DNA from: Amphiscolops sp. MND2022
Taxonomy: Eukaryota
DNA: 64,000 nt
NCBI GenBank assembly: GCA_964187785.1
Contig: OZ076409.1
Coordinates: 19,470,001-19,534,000, forward strand
Direction of reading: 5' to 3'
Every line of letters begins with the position of its first letter. Within the stretch, counting starts at the first letter, position 1. This document shows, in pieces, positions 37,456 to 50,800 of this stretch. A program made the translations under genes and the position numbers. A model generated the notes under the pieces. The model ran no database searches. It was not told the origin of the DNA and worked only from the letters and a program-made list of their open reading frames with translations.

Positions 37456-38725
37456 GTGGGTATGTCGATGGAAGAGGAGAAGATCTGAATAATTTTTTGG
37501 TGGAACTGAACATCCTTTCCATTCGTATGACAACGGAGGAACACAGCGAAGTAATGTCGAAAATCGAGCAAGTTAAGTGATTTTTAGACTGATTTTCGGC
37601 CATAGAAAACAGTACAACAGTCTAATCTGCGCCAGACTCCGAGGTCAAACTTTCCAAATATAAAATGTATCAGGTTCGAATCACCATTTTTGGCCTTAAG
37701 CAAGTGACGTCACTTCGTAACCATAGACACTCCAAAGTGCCTATCAACTTCCTTCGAAACATTAGAATCGAAAAACTTTAACCCGACTTCTCAAACCTCA
37801 ATGCGGCTTTAAACAATCTTTTCTCACAACTCAGAACTGTTCAAGAATTGATGATGGTAAAAATATCTTTTCATCAGGTTTAGTACATGATCATCCTCTG
37901 GTGATTTTTTTTGCAAAAAAAGTCTCACAATGCCGAAAAAACTGAAAGGAGGACCCTTTGGGAATTTTCAACATCCATTCTGTCGCAAAACATTAAAAAA
38001 TTGAAGGGGACCTTTTGGGGAAGTTTTTCTTTCGAAAAAAAGTCTAACGATGCCGAAAAAAAACTGAAAGGGGGGACCCTTCAGTCTCTTCCGGTATTGT
38101 ATGTTACGCGAAAAAAGAGGAAAAACTGTTTTGGTTCACTTCGCTAGGCCCAATGATTCAATTAGGAACCATAAAATTTCGTAGAAATTTTAAGAACTAT
38201 TTTGGTCAGTTCGTGTGGATTGAAAAAAAATTTAAAAGGGTCACTATAATAGTCGCGTTTCACTTCATGAAGCGCCGACTAAAAAAGTGGGTATGTCGAT
38301 GGAAGAGGAGAAGATCTGAATAATTTTTTGGTGGAACTGAACATCCTTTCCATTCGTATGACAACGGAGGAACACAGCGAAGTAATGTCAAAAATCGAGC
38401 AAGTTAAGTGATTTTTAGACTGATTTTCGGCCATAGAAAACAGTACAACAGTCTAATCTGCGCCAGACTCCGAGGTCAAACTTTCCAAATATAAAATGTA
38501 TCAGGTTCGAATCACCATTTTTGGCCTTAAGCAAGTGACGTCACTTCGTAACCATAGACACTCCAAAGTGCCTATCAACTTCCTTCGAAACATTAGAATC
38601 GAAAAACTTTAACCCGACTTCTCAAACCTCAATGCGGCTTTAAACAATCTTTTCTCACAACTCAGAACTGCTCAAGAATTGATGATGGTAAAAATATCTT
38701 TTCATCAGGTTTAGTACATGATCAT
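37063..38725. repeat. Recent tandem duplication, two ~832-bp copies (37063-37895, 37896-38725)
   Basis: The copies differ at only a handful of positions; near-identical spurious ORFs occur at 37079 and 37911. Confidence 0.95.
38533..38561. promoter_or_regulatory. CRE-containing perfect palindrome AAGTGACGTCACTT next to an X-box-like motif; also present at 37702-37730
   Basis: TGACGTCA core followed by GTAACCATAGACAC, about 310 bp upstream of the LIS1 ATG. Confidence 0.45.
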
Positions 38726-38856
38726 CTTGCACAATTCCTGGCTTTGAAATTAAACGGACTCGTAAGTAAATGTAGTTGAAATTGTTTCAGATTACAATGC
38801 TAACAACGAATTTCGATTGCATATAGTGTTGTTGTCTCTTGTGAAGGGAGCTCGCA

Positions 38857-41800
38857 ATGCTGACTGAAAAGCAGCGGGAAGAGTTGTAAGTAGATCAGAT
38901 CATCCATCATCATGAAAAAATCATTTGCTGAAAAGAAAAGCTTCATTATATCAGGGATCCTCCAGAAACAATTGCCCTTAAAGTCAATGGCAATTAATGG
39001 TGCCGATTCATTGATTTTCAAATACGAACCCGCTGAAAAATGAATAAATGGAAATAATTTGGTTTTTGCATCAATTGAATCATATGTGTTCCAAAAAAAT
39101 CTCTTGCACCCTCAATTGTGCAAGTTGTTTTATTGGCCAACTTCGAACCTACATTGAACATTTATGAGAAAAGCTGAGTACGAATTCAACTATTATAGAC
39201 AGCGTCCCTCATGGGAAAACTTGGAAAAGTTTTTTAAAAACAATTTTGGAACGAGAAAGTCACCACCCACCTAAAAACACTAAATTTATTCGGTATTTGA
39301 TTATTTGATGAAAGTTTATAAAATAATGAAGGTAGTGTACTTTAAAATGTATTCTTGTATGACCAGCAATAAAAGAGATAAACATACAGTGGGTTACTTC
39401 CGAAGCAGTTTTCACTCCAACATTTTTCATAAAATTGAAGTGTTATATTCGAGAGTTGATTGCTCCTCAGACGTAGCCCATATTGAACCAAAATTTGCCG
39501 TGATTGGCGAGTAATTACCATAATCGAAGGTTTTATATTGTCAATGATTTTCCTTTTTAATAATTCTTTCTTGGCATGAAATTTTTTGAAGATCCATTGT
39601 TCACCCTGGATGATATCAAAATTAAAATAATTTTATTTCCAACATACTGGGCTTTTTTCTTCAGCTGCTGTGATGATCCGATCTCAGAGTGAAATCGGAC
39701 GATTATTCTGATTGTAATTTATTGTTTAAGTTACCAAATATGCGGTGCAATGTATGTGTAACATGACTCTGTGATTGTTTTCTTCAGAAACAAAGCAATT
39801 GCTGACTATTTTCGCTCGTCTGGATATACGGAAACGTTTGCTCTGTTTCAACAGGAAGCTAACATCGATCCTGTTAGTCAACTTTTGTTTCTAACTAATA
39901 TATCGTCGAGCATTGAGTGCTGCTACAACAGGCAGATTTTTTGATAAGTTCTGAGGAATTTTCAGATAGGGATTCAAAAAAATTGACTGCGCTGAGTTCT
40001 TGATTTTCGACCAGCCAAACGGTTTGCAAAAATTTCAAAAAGTTTCTCTGTAAAACTTCTCAATAAGCTGGAATATAGAAAAATAATATTTATTTTTCCA
40101 ATTGCAAAAGACTGAGTCATCTTCATTTGTTCACAATTCCAATCAAGGCTAGTGAGGTAAATATACAAAAAGCGATTCCGTAGATATACTTACTGAAATT
40201 TATGTATATTTTTTTGCAGTTCCAGAAATTTTGCTAATCCCTGAAGGAGTCGATATTTTGGCTTTATACTATCCGAAACAGGAACTGTTTTCGAAAAAAT
40301 ACCCAAATCAATCTTTTTGAACAAAAATAACGTGTGAGCATATCTCCAAAAACTTTTTGACTTTTTTGTTCATTGTTCCTGGCCATCTTATGTTATAATT
40401 CCGACACCGTGCAGAGACGAACTTTCACTCAGGCATCGTTCCAGGATTGTAGTAATCCCTATTAAACCTTGCACATTCAATTTTCCAACAATTTTTTGCA
40501 AGTTGATTGTCTTCCTTGCAAGATTCTTGCAAGGTCTTGCAAGATTTTTGCAAGGTTTGTATTTTTGTAACTCTAGGGATTTGTTGTTTGCAGTCTGAGC
40601 TTTCTTCAAAGCAATCTGGTCTACTGGAGAAGAAATGGGGCAGTGTCATCAGACTGCAGAAAAAAGTTAGTGGTGATTACCGACAGTGCATTGTAGTTCC
40701 TCTTATAACATGTAATCGTATAATCGAAGGTTTCGTGTATCGTATATTCGTGTAATTGGCCTCTTATATCGTATAAAGACATGGAGCACAATTTTTGGAT
40801 CGTTTTTCTATCGGGAAAGTGTTGATTGCTTCAAAAAAGGGGATGACAATAGTCCCCTTTCCGAAGCCCGTATAGCCTATTTACACTTGCGATAAGCAAG
40901 TGTTATGGGAAAGTGCGGGTGCTTTTTTTTCCGCGCGACAACTCTCTGATTTCACGCGGCAACTCGCACGTTTCACGCGTTCGTGGTCTAGTGGTAAGAT
41001 GCTTGCCTTTCAACCCAGAGGTTTCGTGTTCGAACCCGTGGGTATGCGCTAATTTTTTTACAAGTATTCCGAAGCTGAAGGTTCTGACTTTTTTCGGCAC
41101 TATGAGACTTTTCGGCTTTGTGGGACTTTTTTTCGGCTTTGTTAGACTTTTTTTCGAAATTTTTTAAATGTCCCCAAAGAGTCCTCCTTTCAATTTTTTT
41201 GATATTTTGCAAGAGAACGAATGTTAAAAAATCCCAAAGGGTCCCTTTTTTCAGAATTTTCGGCACTATGAGACTGTTCAAAATTCTAATTTTTTTTCAA
41301 AAATTTTTTAGACTCGCTTATTTTTTTCAAAAATTTTTTAATGTCCCCAAAGCGTCCTCCTTTCAATTTTTTGATATCTTGCAACAGAACGAATGTTATA
41401 AAATCCTTAAGGGTCCCTTTTTCACATTTTTCGGAACTATGCGACTTAGCGGAAACTTCAAAAAAATTCGAAAAAATTCGGAAAATTTTTTCTCAATTTT
41501 TAGTTTTAAAAGACCGTTTTTTTTAAAGACCGATCTTTTTTCTATGCGACTTTTTTAAAATTTGTTTTCACCGAAGCCCCTGCTCAATTTTTACAAGAAA
41601 CGAAACGTTTTGCGAGAGGACTCCTCAAGGCTTTGCGACTTACCGGAGACCATCAAAAATGTTTTCGAAAAATTTTGAATTTTTTTTCTGTTTAAGGTTT
41701 TCCGTTGAGAAAGAATGGGTTTTTTGCTGTTTTCAGTTGGGGAAGAATGGTTTTCGAGGCTTACGCGTATCCCTTCGGGTATTTTTTGGCGCTGTTGTAA

Positions 41801-44800
41801 AATTGATGAAATTTTAATCTTTTACCCTTGGTTTTCCGTATGATATTGCTTATTTGGTTTTCTTCAAAAGTTCGCAAGTGTTTGCGGAGCACGGCTTCGC
41901 CTCTGTGTACCATTTTAGGAGGCATTTCATTTGAAATTCATCCCAACAATTTCATATTCTCCGAAAACTTAGTCCGTTATGGGAAAATCGATGCAACATG
42001 GCTGAAAAGCAATTCTCCGTATAACTCGTGTAATAATGGCATCTTCGTGTAACATCTAATTCGTATAACAAATTGTGGATTTCATAATTTTTCCTATAAT
42101 CGTGTATCGTCTACAATACACTGATTACCATTCATTTGGCGTCTTTTCCGTTATTCATCCCAGCCTAAAAAGAAAAAGGTTTTCCACCCAATATTTGGTC
42201 CCTGTTGCACAGTGATGACCAGTTTTTGCAACACGTTTAACGGAATATTAACGGATACGTTATATTATCTATTAATTAAAAGTTCACGCGTTTAACGTAG
42301 TGCTGTTATAAATTCCGTTTTACTTGTTCAACGGATAAGTCTTCACATTTAATTCAGCATACATCTAAATTACATCTGATACAGTAGTCATTGTTGTCTG
42401 AAAGATGAATTCGGATATTTGTATGTTTGTATAGTCGGACAATGTAATCTGCTAGGGGGTAGGATTGGACTGACTGGTATCCGTATGCATGAGTATGGTA
42501 GGATCGGACCGACTGACAGTTGTGTAAACAACTAGTTGTGACAGTAGTATAAGTTGTGTAAACTTGCTGTTATTTTATTCGTTGCACCACTACATCTAAT
42601 AACAGCCAACGGTCTAGTAGCTGCCTTATATGTTTACCTACTGCCTATTCAGGCCTAGATTAAATCAAAAACAGCATCTTTAAAGATGCCTCGTTTACAA
42701 ACAGTTGAGCGAGAACTCATTGAGAAGAAATTCACTAATTTACAATTTACGGACAATTATAAATGCGACAAATTTGCGACAAAGTTTACAATGGAATTAG
42801 GCGGAATAACTTTCTTTTTGCGGCTAAAGATCATCTAAAGTGGATTCATACTCAAATACTTCAAGAAATTCAAGATAAACTACAGTCCAAAGACCAATTG
42901 CGTCTCGATAATTTTGGAAATGCCGTTTCCAACTATGAGAAAAATCGAAACAATGCAATTTTAGCCTTCGTTAAAACGTCACTTCCCATCAATATATTCC
43001 GGTCAGAAAGCAATCGACAATTTTTGGAGGCCATTCAGGGAATGTCGCAGATTCCTGACTATAAAACAGTTGAAAGCGTTATTTATGATCAGGCAGCTTA
43101 TCGATTATCCAGTTTGAAATCTGTGGTTTTCTTTGGCGTTCAGCTAGACCACTGGACTTCAGCGTCACATAGGAATGTCCTAGTAGTTATTGTCTCAGGC
43201 AAACGCCTTTTGCATGGCCAATAAGGGACCCGCTCTCAGTGCCACGAGATGGTACGGTCATCAACGTCAAACGGATTATATTATAAAGAACAATGATCTT
43301 CTCGAAACCGCAAGATCTGCCAATTTGAGGCAATACAGTCTGCTTGATTCATTTGTAGTTAAACAAATGAATAAGTTACTTTTGAAAATGAAGGAATTCG
43401 GTCGCTTATTCGAGAGTGAACGTCCCATAACCGATCAACTCGTAGCTGCCTGCAGAAGAGTAACTCGATCATTGAGTCGAATACTAGAAGACGAACGAGC
43501 CCATCATATCGTAAAAGACTTTTCTGCACAACTCATGTCATTCATGGACAGGCAGCGCCGATTTCGAGGTTTTTCGGACCCACAATTAGCTGCTGCTTTT
43601 CTCAATCCAAACAAGACATCGAGACTTTTACTAACTGCAGAGGAATGCTCTAGAGCAAAAGCATACATTTTGAATCTTTCAAAAAATCGGAGACGAGGGT
43701 GTCGCGATTAATGACATTCCGACTGAAAACGAACCTCAAACAACTTCGTGTAGTGACCCAATAGATGATGCTTTTCAAGATGAAGATTTCAACATTCCAG
43801 CTAAACAACAGTGCACTGGAGTTAGTTTCGTGGGCATTGAACATGAATTGGAAGAATTTACCACACTAGTAGACGAGACTGACCTTGCGTTTGATTTTTT
43901 TCAAACAACATTGTTGTAAATATCCGAAACTAAAGAAGGTTGCGAGGGTATTACTTTGTGTTCTGCCATCACCCGCGAATGCAGAAAGAGCATTTTCAAG
44001 AGCTGGGGTTCTTTCGGGCATGAGGCGTAATCGTCTATCAATAGCAAACATTAAACAAAGATTAAATCTTGTTTGATTTTGTTAAATATTGTTCCTGTTA
44101 CTTTTGTTGTTATCTTACCAATTTATTATACCAGTTAAAATTTTTTCTGGACATGTAGATCAGTTTAACAGATCCGTTAAATTTCTGAAAAACCAAAATC
44201 CGTTATTTTATCCGTTAAAAGAATTAAACTGGTCATCATTGCTGTTGCACTAGAATGCGTCACTTTCCACACGCTTGCGATCTGATCGATAACTTCGGGG
44301 AAAGGGGGATTTTTGAGGGGCTCATTATTGGGGAAAATAACAAAAAACTGGAATAATATTGATTCTCCAGATCAGATGGTTTTTAAAAAATGCTTACTCA
44401 ATTTACTCATGTAACCCCCTTTATAACAGTTATTCTAACTCTTAGCAATTAGGTGATGTTTTTTTGAAATGGAGGGAACGATTGTTTTCTATTCAATCCT
44501 TCCTTGAGAGTTTCGCTTGCTTTCAAATAAAATGCAAGTCTTCACTGCTTACTACAAAGGTTATAGTTCAAGATTTGAATGCTCTGAGCCGAAAATTTTA
44601 ACTATACCCTTTCACGAAATCAAAAAAATGAAATTCTTTTTAAAAATTTGTTGGCAATAAAATGATTCAGTGTGTTTCAGTAAATTGTTGTCATTCCAAA
44701 ATTTTATGTAAAAACGATAGATATCTTTAAATCTTTACTGAATTTGTTGCTGTTGCAGATATTTTTTCTGAGCCCCCTAAGGAGCTGATCTGTTCTGAAT

Positions 44801-47800
44801 AGGAATTCCGTAGACAGTTCCACTTTTCTTCTGGAAAAATAATTGAATTGTCATATTTCATGTAATCAAGGTTCTAGAATTGCAATAAACCAGTCAGAAT
44901 GTCTACTTGCAGCATTTTCAACCTTTAATTGGTAAAAGTTATAGCGACAAAGATGATGGAGGGATAAAGAGATGAAATCAGTTGTATTCACCTGTGCGCC
45001 AACCTTGAAATTTGTGACGTAAGAAAATTGTTCTCGCTGCTCTGGCTTTGTGTAAATGTTTAATCGCAGTTGATTTATTGCTGATAGGGTTATTGGTTAG
45101 TAATTAAAATGGGAAACTTTCGAAACATTTTTCGGGTTACTAGGTTACAAATTTTTGGTATTCAATGTTTTCATTTTTCTGACTTGAAAAGTTTCAGCAT
45201 TTCGAAATTTATGCTGATATAGAGTCAAAAGATTGCCATATTATTTCTGCGTAAGCTGAAATGTTATAGGAACCGTCAATGTTTTTTTCAAGACCTGTTT
45301 ATCGACTCAGATTATTAGCTAAATGACTCTTTAGCCAGTTTATTCTCGTGGCAGCCATACAGCGCTTTCAGTGCGATCAAGGGAACGAATGTATATTATT
45401 CGTACACCGAGATCATTGAGATGAAGCGAACTAGTGTTAATTGTTCGTCCGCCGAGAGCTTCGCCTGCATCCAAATACAAATGCGAAACGTCATATGAAT
45501 GCGATCTTGTTGTATTTTTTCAGTCCGAGAAAAATCGAAGGCGTTGTATTTAAACTGGTTAAATCGGTTAAGTGATCTATTTTGCTCTATATAATTGATT
45601 AACCGGAGTGTTTAGTTATTTCAGATGTTTTTATCTTCGAACTTGATTATTATATACCAAAGTAGAAATGTTACTGTGCCCCACAGGGACATTTTTCGAT
45701 AACAGGAACAGCTTGTTAAACAGGAGAAAAGTTCTTCGTGTTACGAGGTTCTTTGAATAAATGAATTGTTTCAGATTTTTGAATTAGAACAGAGACTTCA
45801 GGAACAGAAAAATGAGTCATCAACGGGCAGTGGCCCAGGTGCCAGCAGAGGAGAGAAGAGAGACCCAGCTGAATGGATTCCTCGAATACCAGCCAAGTAT
45901 TCTCTCTCCGGGCACAGAGCCACCATTAATTGTGTAGCATTTCATCCTAAATTCAAGTAAGAGCAACTTCAAGGAACGCCATGTTGAAAACTATTTTACA
46001 GCAGTAATCAGTTCTCCGTGGCGGAAAATGCTAGATTTTATTACTTGCATTAACCAAAAGGCAAAAAGTGTTTATTTGGAAGATCTATATCCGAATTTTT
46101 TAATAAATTGTTTTATCCCCCAAAAACATGTAGGAATGAAAGATGGTTTTGGAAATTTGCTTACAATTTGTTTTGGAGTTGTAAGAGTATTAGTGAGCCC
46201 TAAAGGGACCGGTTTTAATATTTAATATCGTCCGTCATCAAACCACTAGAGTTATGGACCATCCGTGTTCTAAATGAAACACGTTTTCAATACTTTTGCT
46301 TACGATGGAATGATTTTGAAACTTCGAATGTACTTCTTTCCGACTTTTGCTTGTTTCAATCTGCTAGCTCAATTTTTGAAATATTTCATGCGTAAATTAG
46401 ATGTTAACCCTATGCGAGTGGTCAAACTGTTATTAATAGTTCCCCGACAGCTTTTTCTCTAGCTTCAAAAGTGAATCCAATAGATCAGTGTCACTTATTT
46501 TTAGTTATTCGGGTAGCAAGCGTTTTTTGTTCGACATTTCGATGCCTTCAGTAAATTTTTCGAGAACTGTTCACCATCTGATTTTTCTATTTGAGCCAAA
46601 TTTATCTGAGTGATAAATGTTGAATTTTTGAGGTTTTTTGTTGCTGAAATATTAGCATTGATTTTAATGTTTTCAAAATGTTCTGGACGTTTTTCGTTCG
46701 TAGAAATTAAGTACATTGTCCATTGTTTTGGTTGGCCAGTTGTCACCTATTGCTTCTGACATGATATTTTCCGACCTAAATTGTGGTTCTTCGTCCTTTT
46801 TTAGTCGGCGCATTTTATCAAAATGAGCCCGACTATTACAGTGGCAATTTTTTTTCGTCAGACCACAGAATGTATGCGTAGTGGACACTTTTTACAGAAC
46901 TACTAAAGTACTGGACCGGCAAGCGGAATCGCATCTAAGTTAGTGCGAAGGGTCCCCCCTTTCGTGTGCTCAATTTTTAACGTAAGATACAAAACCGGAC
47001 GGGACTACAGGGTCCCCCCTTTGAATTTTTTTTCGGCACTGTGCGATTTTTTTCGAAATTTTTTTAATAGTCTCCAAAGGGTCCCCCCTTCAATTTTTTT
47101 TGATATTTTGCAACAAACTGTTTTGTTTTGTAATTTGAAGAAGTTTAAAGGGTCCCCCCTTTTTACAATTTTAAAAACTTTGCGCCTTTTGAGCCTTAGA
47201 TATAGCGCCGACTTTAGACGTTCCCGTTTTGTTTGTCTTTAAGCTATTCAAGCCTGAATATTAAGTCTTTTGTTTTCATGTTTATCTTAATGCGTGTTTT
47301 AGTCGTTATATAGGCGCTACTTGAACTATACACTTTCCATCGTTTTTTAAATTTACCCGAATAGACCAGAAAAGTTCTACAGAAGTTTTTTTCAGCTAGG
47401 ATCTAATGAGAGCCAAAAGTGTACGAGGGATTACCCATTTAATTATTGATTACATTTAATTATAGTGTACATATTGATTTGAATTACAAAGCTGGTCGTT
47501 TTTTTCGGCACTGCAAGATTTTAAGAAAATTTTATTTCCTTTCCTGTCAAAAATGTTTTCAGTAAAAGTGTTTTTCAAGCCCACAGGATCCCTCTGTCGA
47601 ATATATATAGCGCTGTAAGATTTTTGAAAAATGACTCAGAATCAGCCTGAGCATATTCAAGACTTTGTTGTGTTTGACTTTTGAGCGGGGCGCCGACTTA
47701 CGCCGTGGCCGGGTTGTGTTTCAGTATTTTCGTTTCGGGCTCGGAAGACACTTCGATCAAAGTGTGGGACTGGGAACACGGGGACTTCGAGAGAACACTA

Positions 47801-50800
47801 AAGGGCCATCGCGACTCAGTGCAGGGCTTGGCATTCGACAGCGAAGGCAACAGATTAGCATCTTGCTCAGCAGATATAACGATCAAATTATGGGACTTTA
47901 ATACGTACGAGTGTGTTAAGACGCTGCATGGACACGACCACAACGTCTCCAGTGTGTGCTGGATGCCGACCGGTGATCACGTGCTGTCGGCCAGCAGAGA
48001 CAAGACCATCAAGATGTGGGATGCCAACACTGGCTTCTGCACAATCACCTTCCAAGGACACGCAGACTGGGTGCGCGTAGCTAAACCCAACAGTGACGCC
48101 TCTCTCATTGCCAGTTGCTCCAACGACCAGGTCAGGACCCGTCCTTACAGTTGCCGAACGATAATATAGCCGAATGATGTGAATACGTTGAAAATTTCAA
48201 GATACAGTCAACTCTGGTAATTTCGTATCCGGATAATTCGGATCTTCGTCCAATTCGTATGTATCTGAGACCCCCATTTCGCGACGACCAAAGTAATATC
48301 ATCCGGTTAATTCGTATTTTTCACTATTCGTACTATTTTATTCGGTCCCCAGTGATATGAATTAGGCGGATTCTTCTGTATTACCATCCGATTAATCCGT
48401 ATTCCTCTTTATTCGTATTATTTTGTTCGGTCCCTAGCGATACGAACTATGCTGATTCAACTGTACCATGAAAAATTAACCCGGTGAGAGGAAGTATAAC
48501 CGCTCGATAATAATGCAGAAAGAATTTATAGCGAAAACGGATTGAATTCTCAATTGTGATTGGTAGCCCCTTGGACAATGAGCTTTGAATGATGAAACTA
48601 TCACGTAACTTTGCAACCGACCATAGTAAATGAAAGTCAGTGCATATAGAAATTTCTTCTATATTACTATTCGGTTATAATATTGAGCGGCTAAAATCAT
48701 GGTTACCAATTCACCCATAATATATGAAATCGATTGTTTCGGCTTGTGTTACTTAGAGATGTTGTAAAGAATGAGCGTAGAGCGCGCTGCTGTCCCTTCA
48801 CAGAATTTGACATTGTTTGAAAGCATTTAAACATTTTTACAGTTTCATGACTGCTTGTGTCTTTGGCTTCAGACCGTCAGAATTTGGAATCCAGCCTCAA
48901 AAGAGTGCAAATTTGAGTTACGAGACCACTCACACGTTGTAGAATGCATTGCCTGGGCCCCTGAGAAGAGCCATTCTAGTTTGAAAGCTGCCAGTCCAGG
49001 GCCATTTTTAGCCAGCGGTGCTCGAGATAAAACGATTATTCTGTGGGACATCAGCAACGGAGTCTCATTGTTTGTTCTCGTTAGTATTTCTTGCTCTACA
49101 AATTAACCCTAAATAACATGGCGATACTTTAAAGCAGCCTACCTTTTTTCAACTGATTTGTTTTGCCAGAAACCCATATTCTTTAGCTGTTTTTATTAAA
49201 CAGTTTGTTGGTATCGTGTTTGGTTTGTTGAACTTCAGAAGCCTTAGAAAGAGTGAATTTTTCTCGAACGTTTAGAAAAGTGGGTTAGAATTTTCAACAA
49301 GACGCCCGCTGAGCAGCGAGATATTTTCCGCCCGAACTGTTCTACAACTACATAAATTTGAGGCTCAAGGATAACTAATGCACTATAAAAACGCTAAGAA
49401 GTTCGAAGGAAAGAAAGCTTCGATTTATCTTTGCCCAGTTGTGAAGGAAACACCTTTATTTTAGTATTTCTGCGATAGCTGGCCAGTTTTCGTAATTTCG
49501 ACACTATGCGACTTACCGAGTGAATTTTTTCATTTTTTTTCGAAAACAATTTTCGAAAAATATTTTTTTTTTGCAATTTTTAGTTTTTGAGGTTTTCTGT
49601 GAAAGAGTTAAGTTTCCCGAGTCTTACGGGTGACCTTTCCGTTACTTTTAAACATGTGGAACTGATGAAGTCTCTTATTGACTGTTAAAAATACATCATT
49701 TCAGTTTTTTTCGGCTCCGTGCCTCTTCCCGAAATTTGGTCAAAGCGTACCCCCTTGATTTCATAGCTGATTTCGGCATCAAAAAGGTAGTTTGTGAGCT
49801 GAAACTGAAACGTGTTCCGCCTTCATAGGATTTTACCGAAAAAAAAATCAAAAATATGGCGTTCTGAAAATCTTGTTGGGAAAAAAGTGGTTTCCAATCT
49901 CAGGAATATTTGTTTGGATTATTTTTGGCACTGAGAAAATGGTTTAGGCTTGAAACTAGGTCAATTGCAAGTTTAAGGAACTTGAGCGGTCCCTGGTTGT
50001 TATATTTTTGCACATAGTTCCATCAAAGGTGTCAAAAATTGGAAATTTTTCTGAAAACTTTAGGATCAATTTGAGGAACTTTTCAAACAGATGAATCTAC
50101 AGATGTCTTTTCACAAATAGGCCTACTGGACACCGAGTTTAGTTGTTGTTTATTGCTTACACCATTCTAACCCACGATATAGCTTGGAACATTTTCCTTT
50201 GGAAGGTGTTCTCCATAGCTATTGTTTTTGCTTGAAGCTTATTTATTGAAAATTCAATACTTGACAATTAAGGTCGAAGTGTACGTTTTCAAGTAAAGTT
50301 TTTGAAAGTTGAGCAAAAACACTTGTCTGAGATCTTTTTGAAACACTACCGGTAGCTAAACGTTTCAATCCTGAGCCCATGGGTTTTCTGATTGCTGTAA
50401 GATTTTGGAAATGGTCCAGAATTGGGACTATGTTGTCTAAAATTGAGGAAAATCGGAACTTTTGACACCTTTGTTCTAAACTCGACTAACTTCATCCTAC
50501 GTTTCCCCCAAATTGCGTTGTGAATACCCTTTTGTTTCAACGCTCGGGTCAATGGAAGTTCTATCCTACAAAAATGTTCTTGGTTGGACCAAAATTAAGA
50601 ATAATTTGTCAGAAAACGTGCGTTTTTGTTGTTGAATGGATTTTGGGGTGCTTTGAGACCAATTCCAACCAAAAATTGCCAATATATCTTCAAAATAGCC
50701 TACTGGATACCAGGATTAACCCTTGTTGACATTGTTGAATCCTTAAAACTTTTTTATGCCAGTCAATAATTGTACAAAAACTGCCTAAAATGTAAAAACA

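Larger units (their letters stand above)
40684..42123. mobile_element. hAT-type MITE interrupted by a family B element
   Basis: TIR CAGTGCATTGTAG / CTACAATACACTG; imperfect TSD ATTACCGA / ATTACCAT; cgtgta/cgtata sub-terminal motifs at both ends. Confidence 0.65.

Noticed and set aside
40977..41049. Functional tRNA-Glu gene
   Set aside because: The acceptor, anticodon and T stems do not pair properly and the copies sit within repeats, so it is treated as tRNA-derived.
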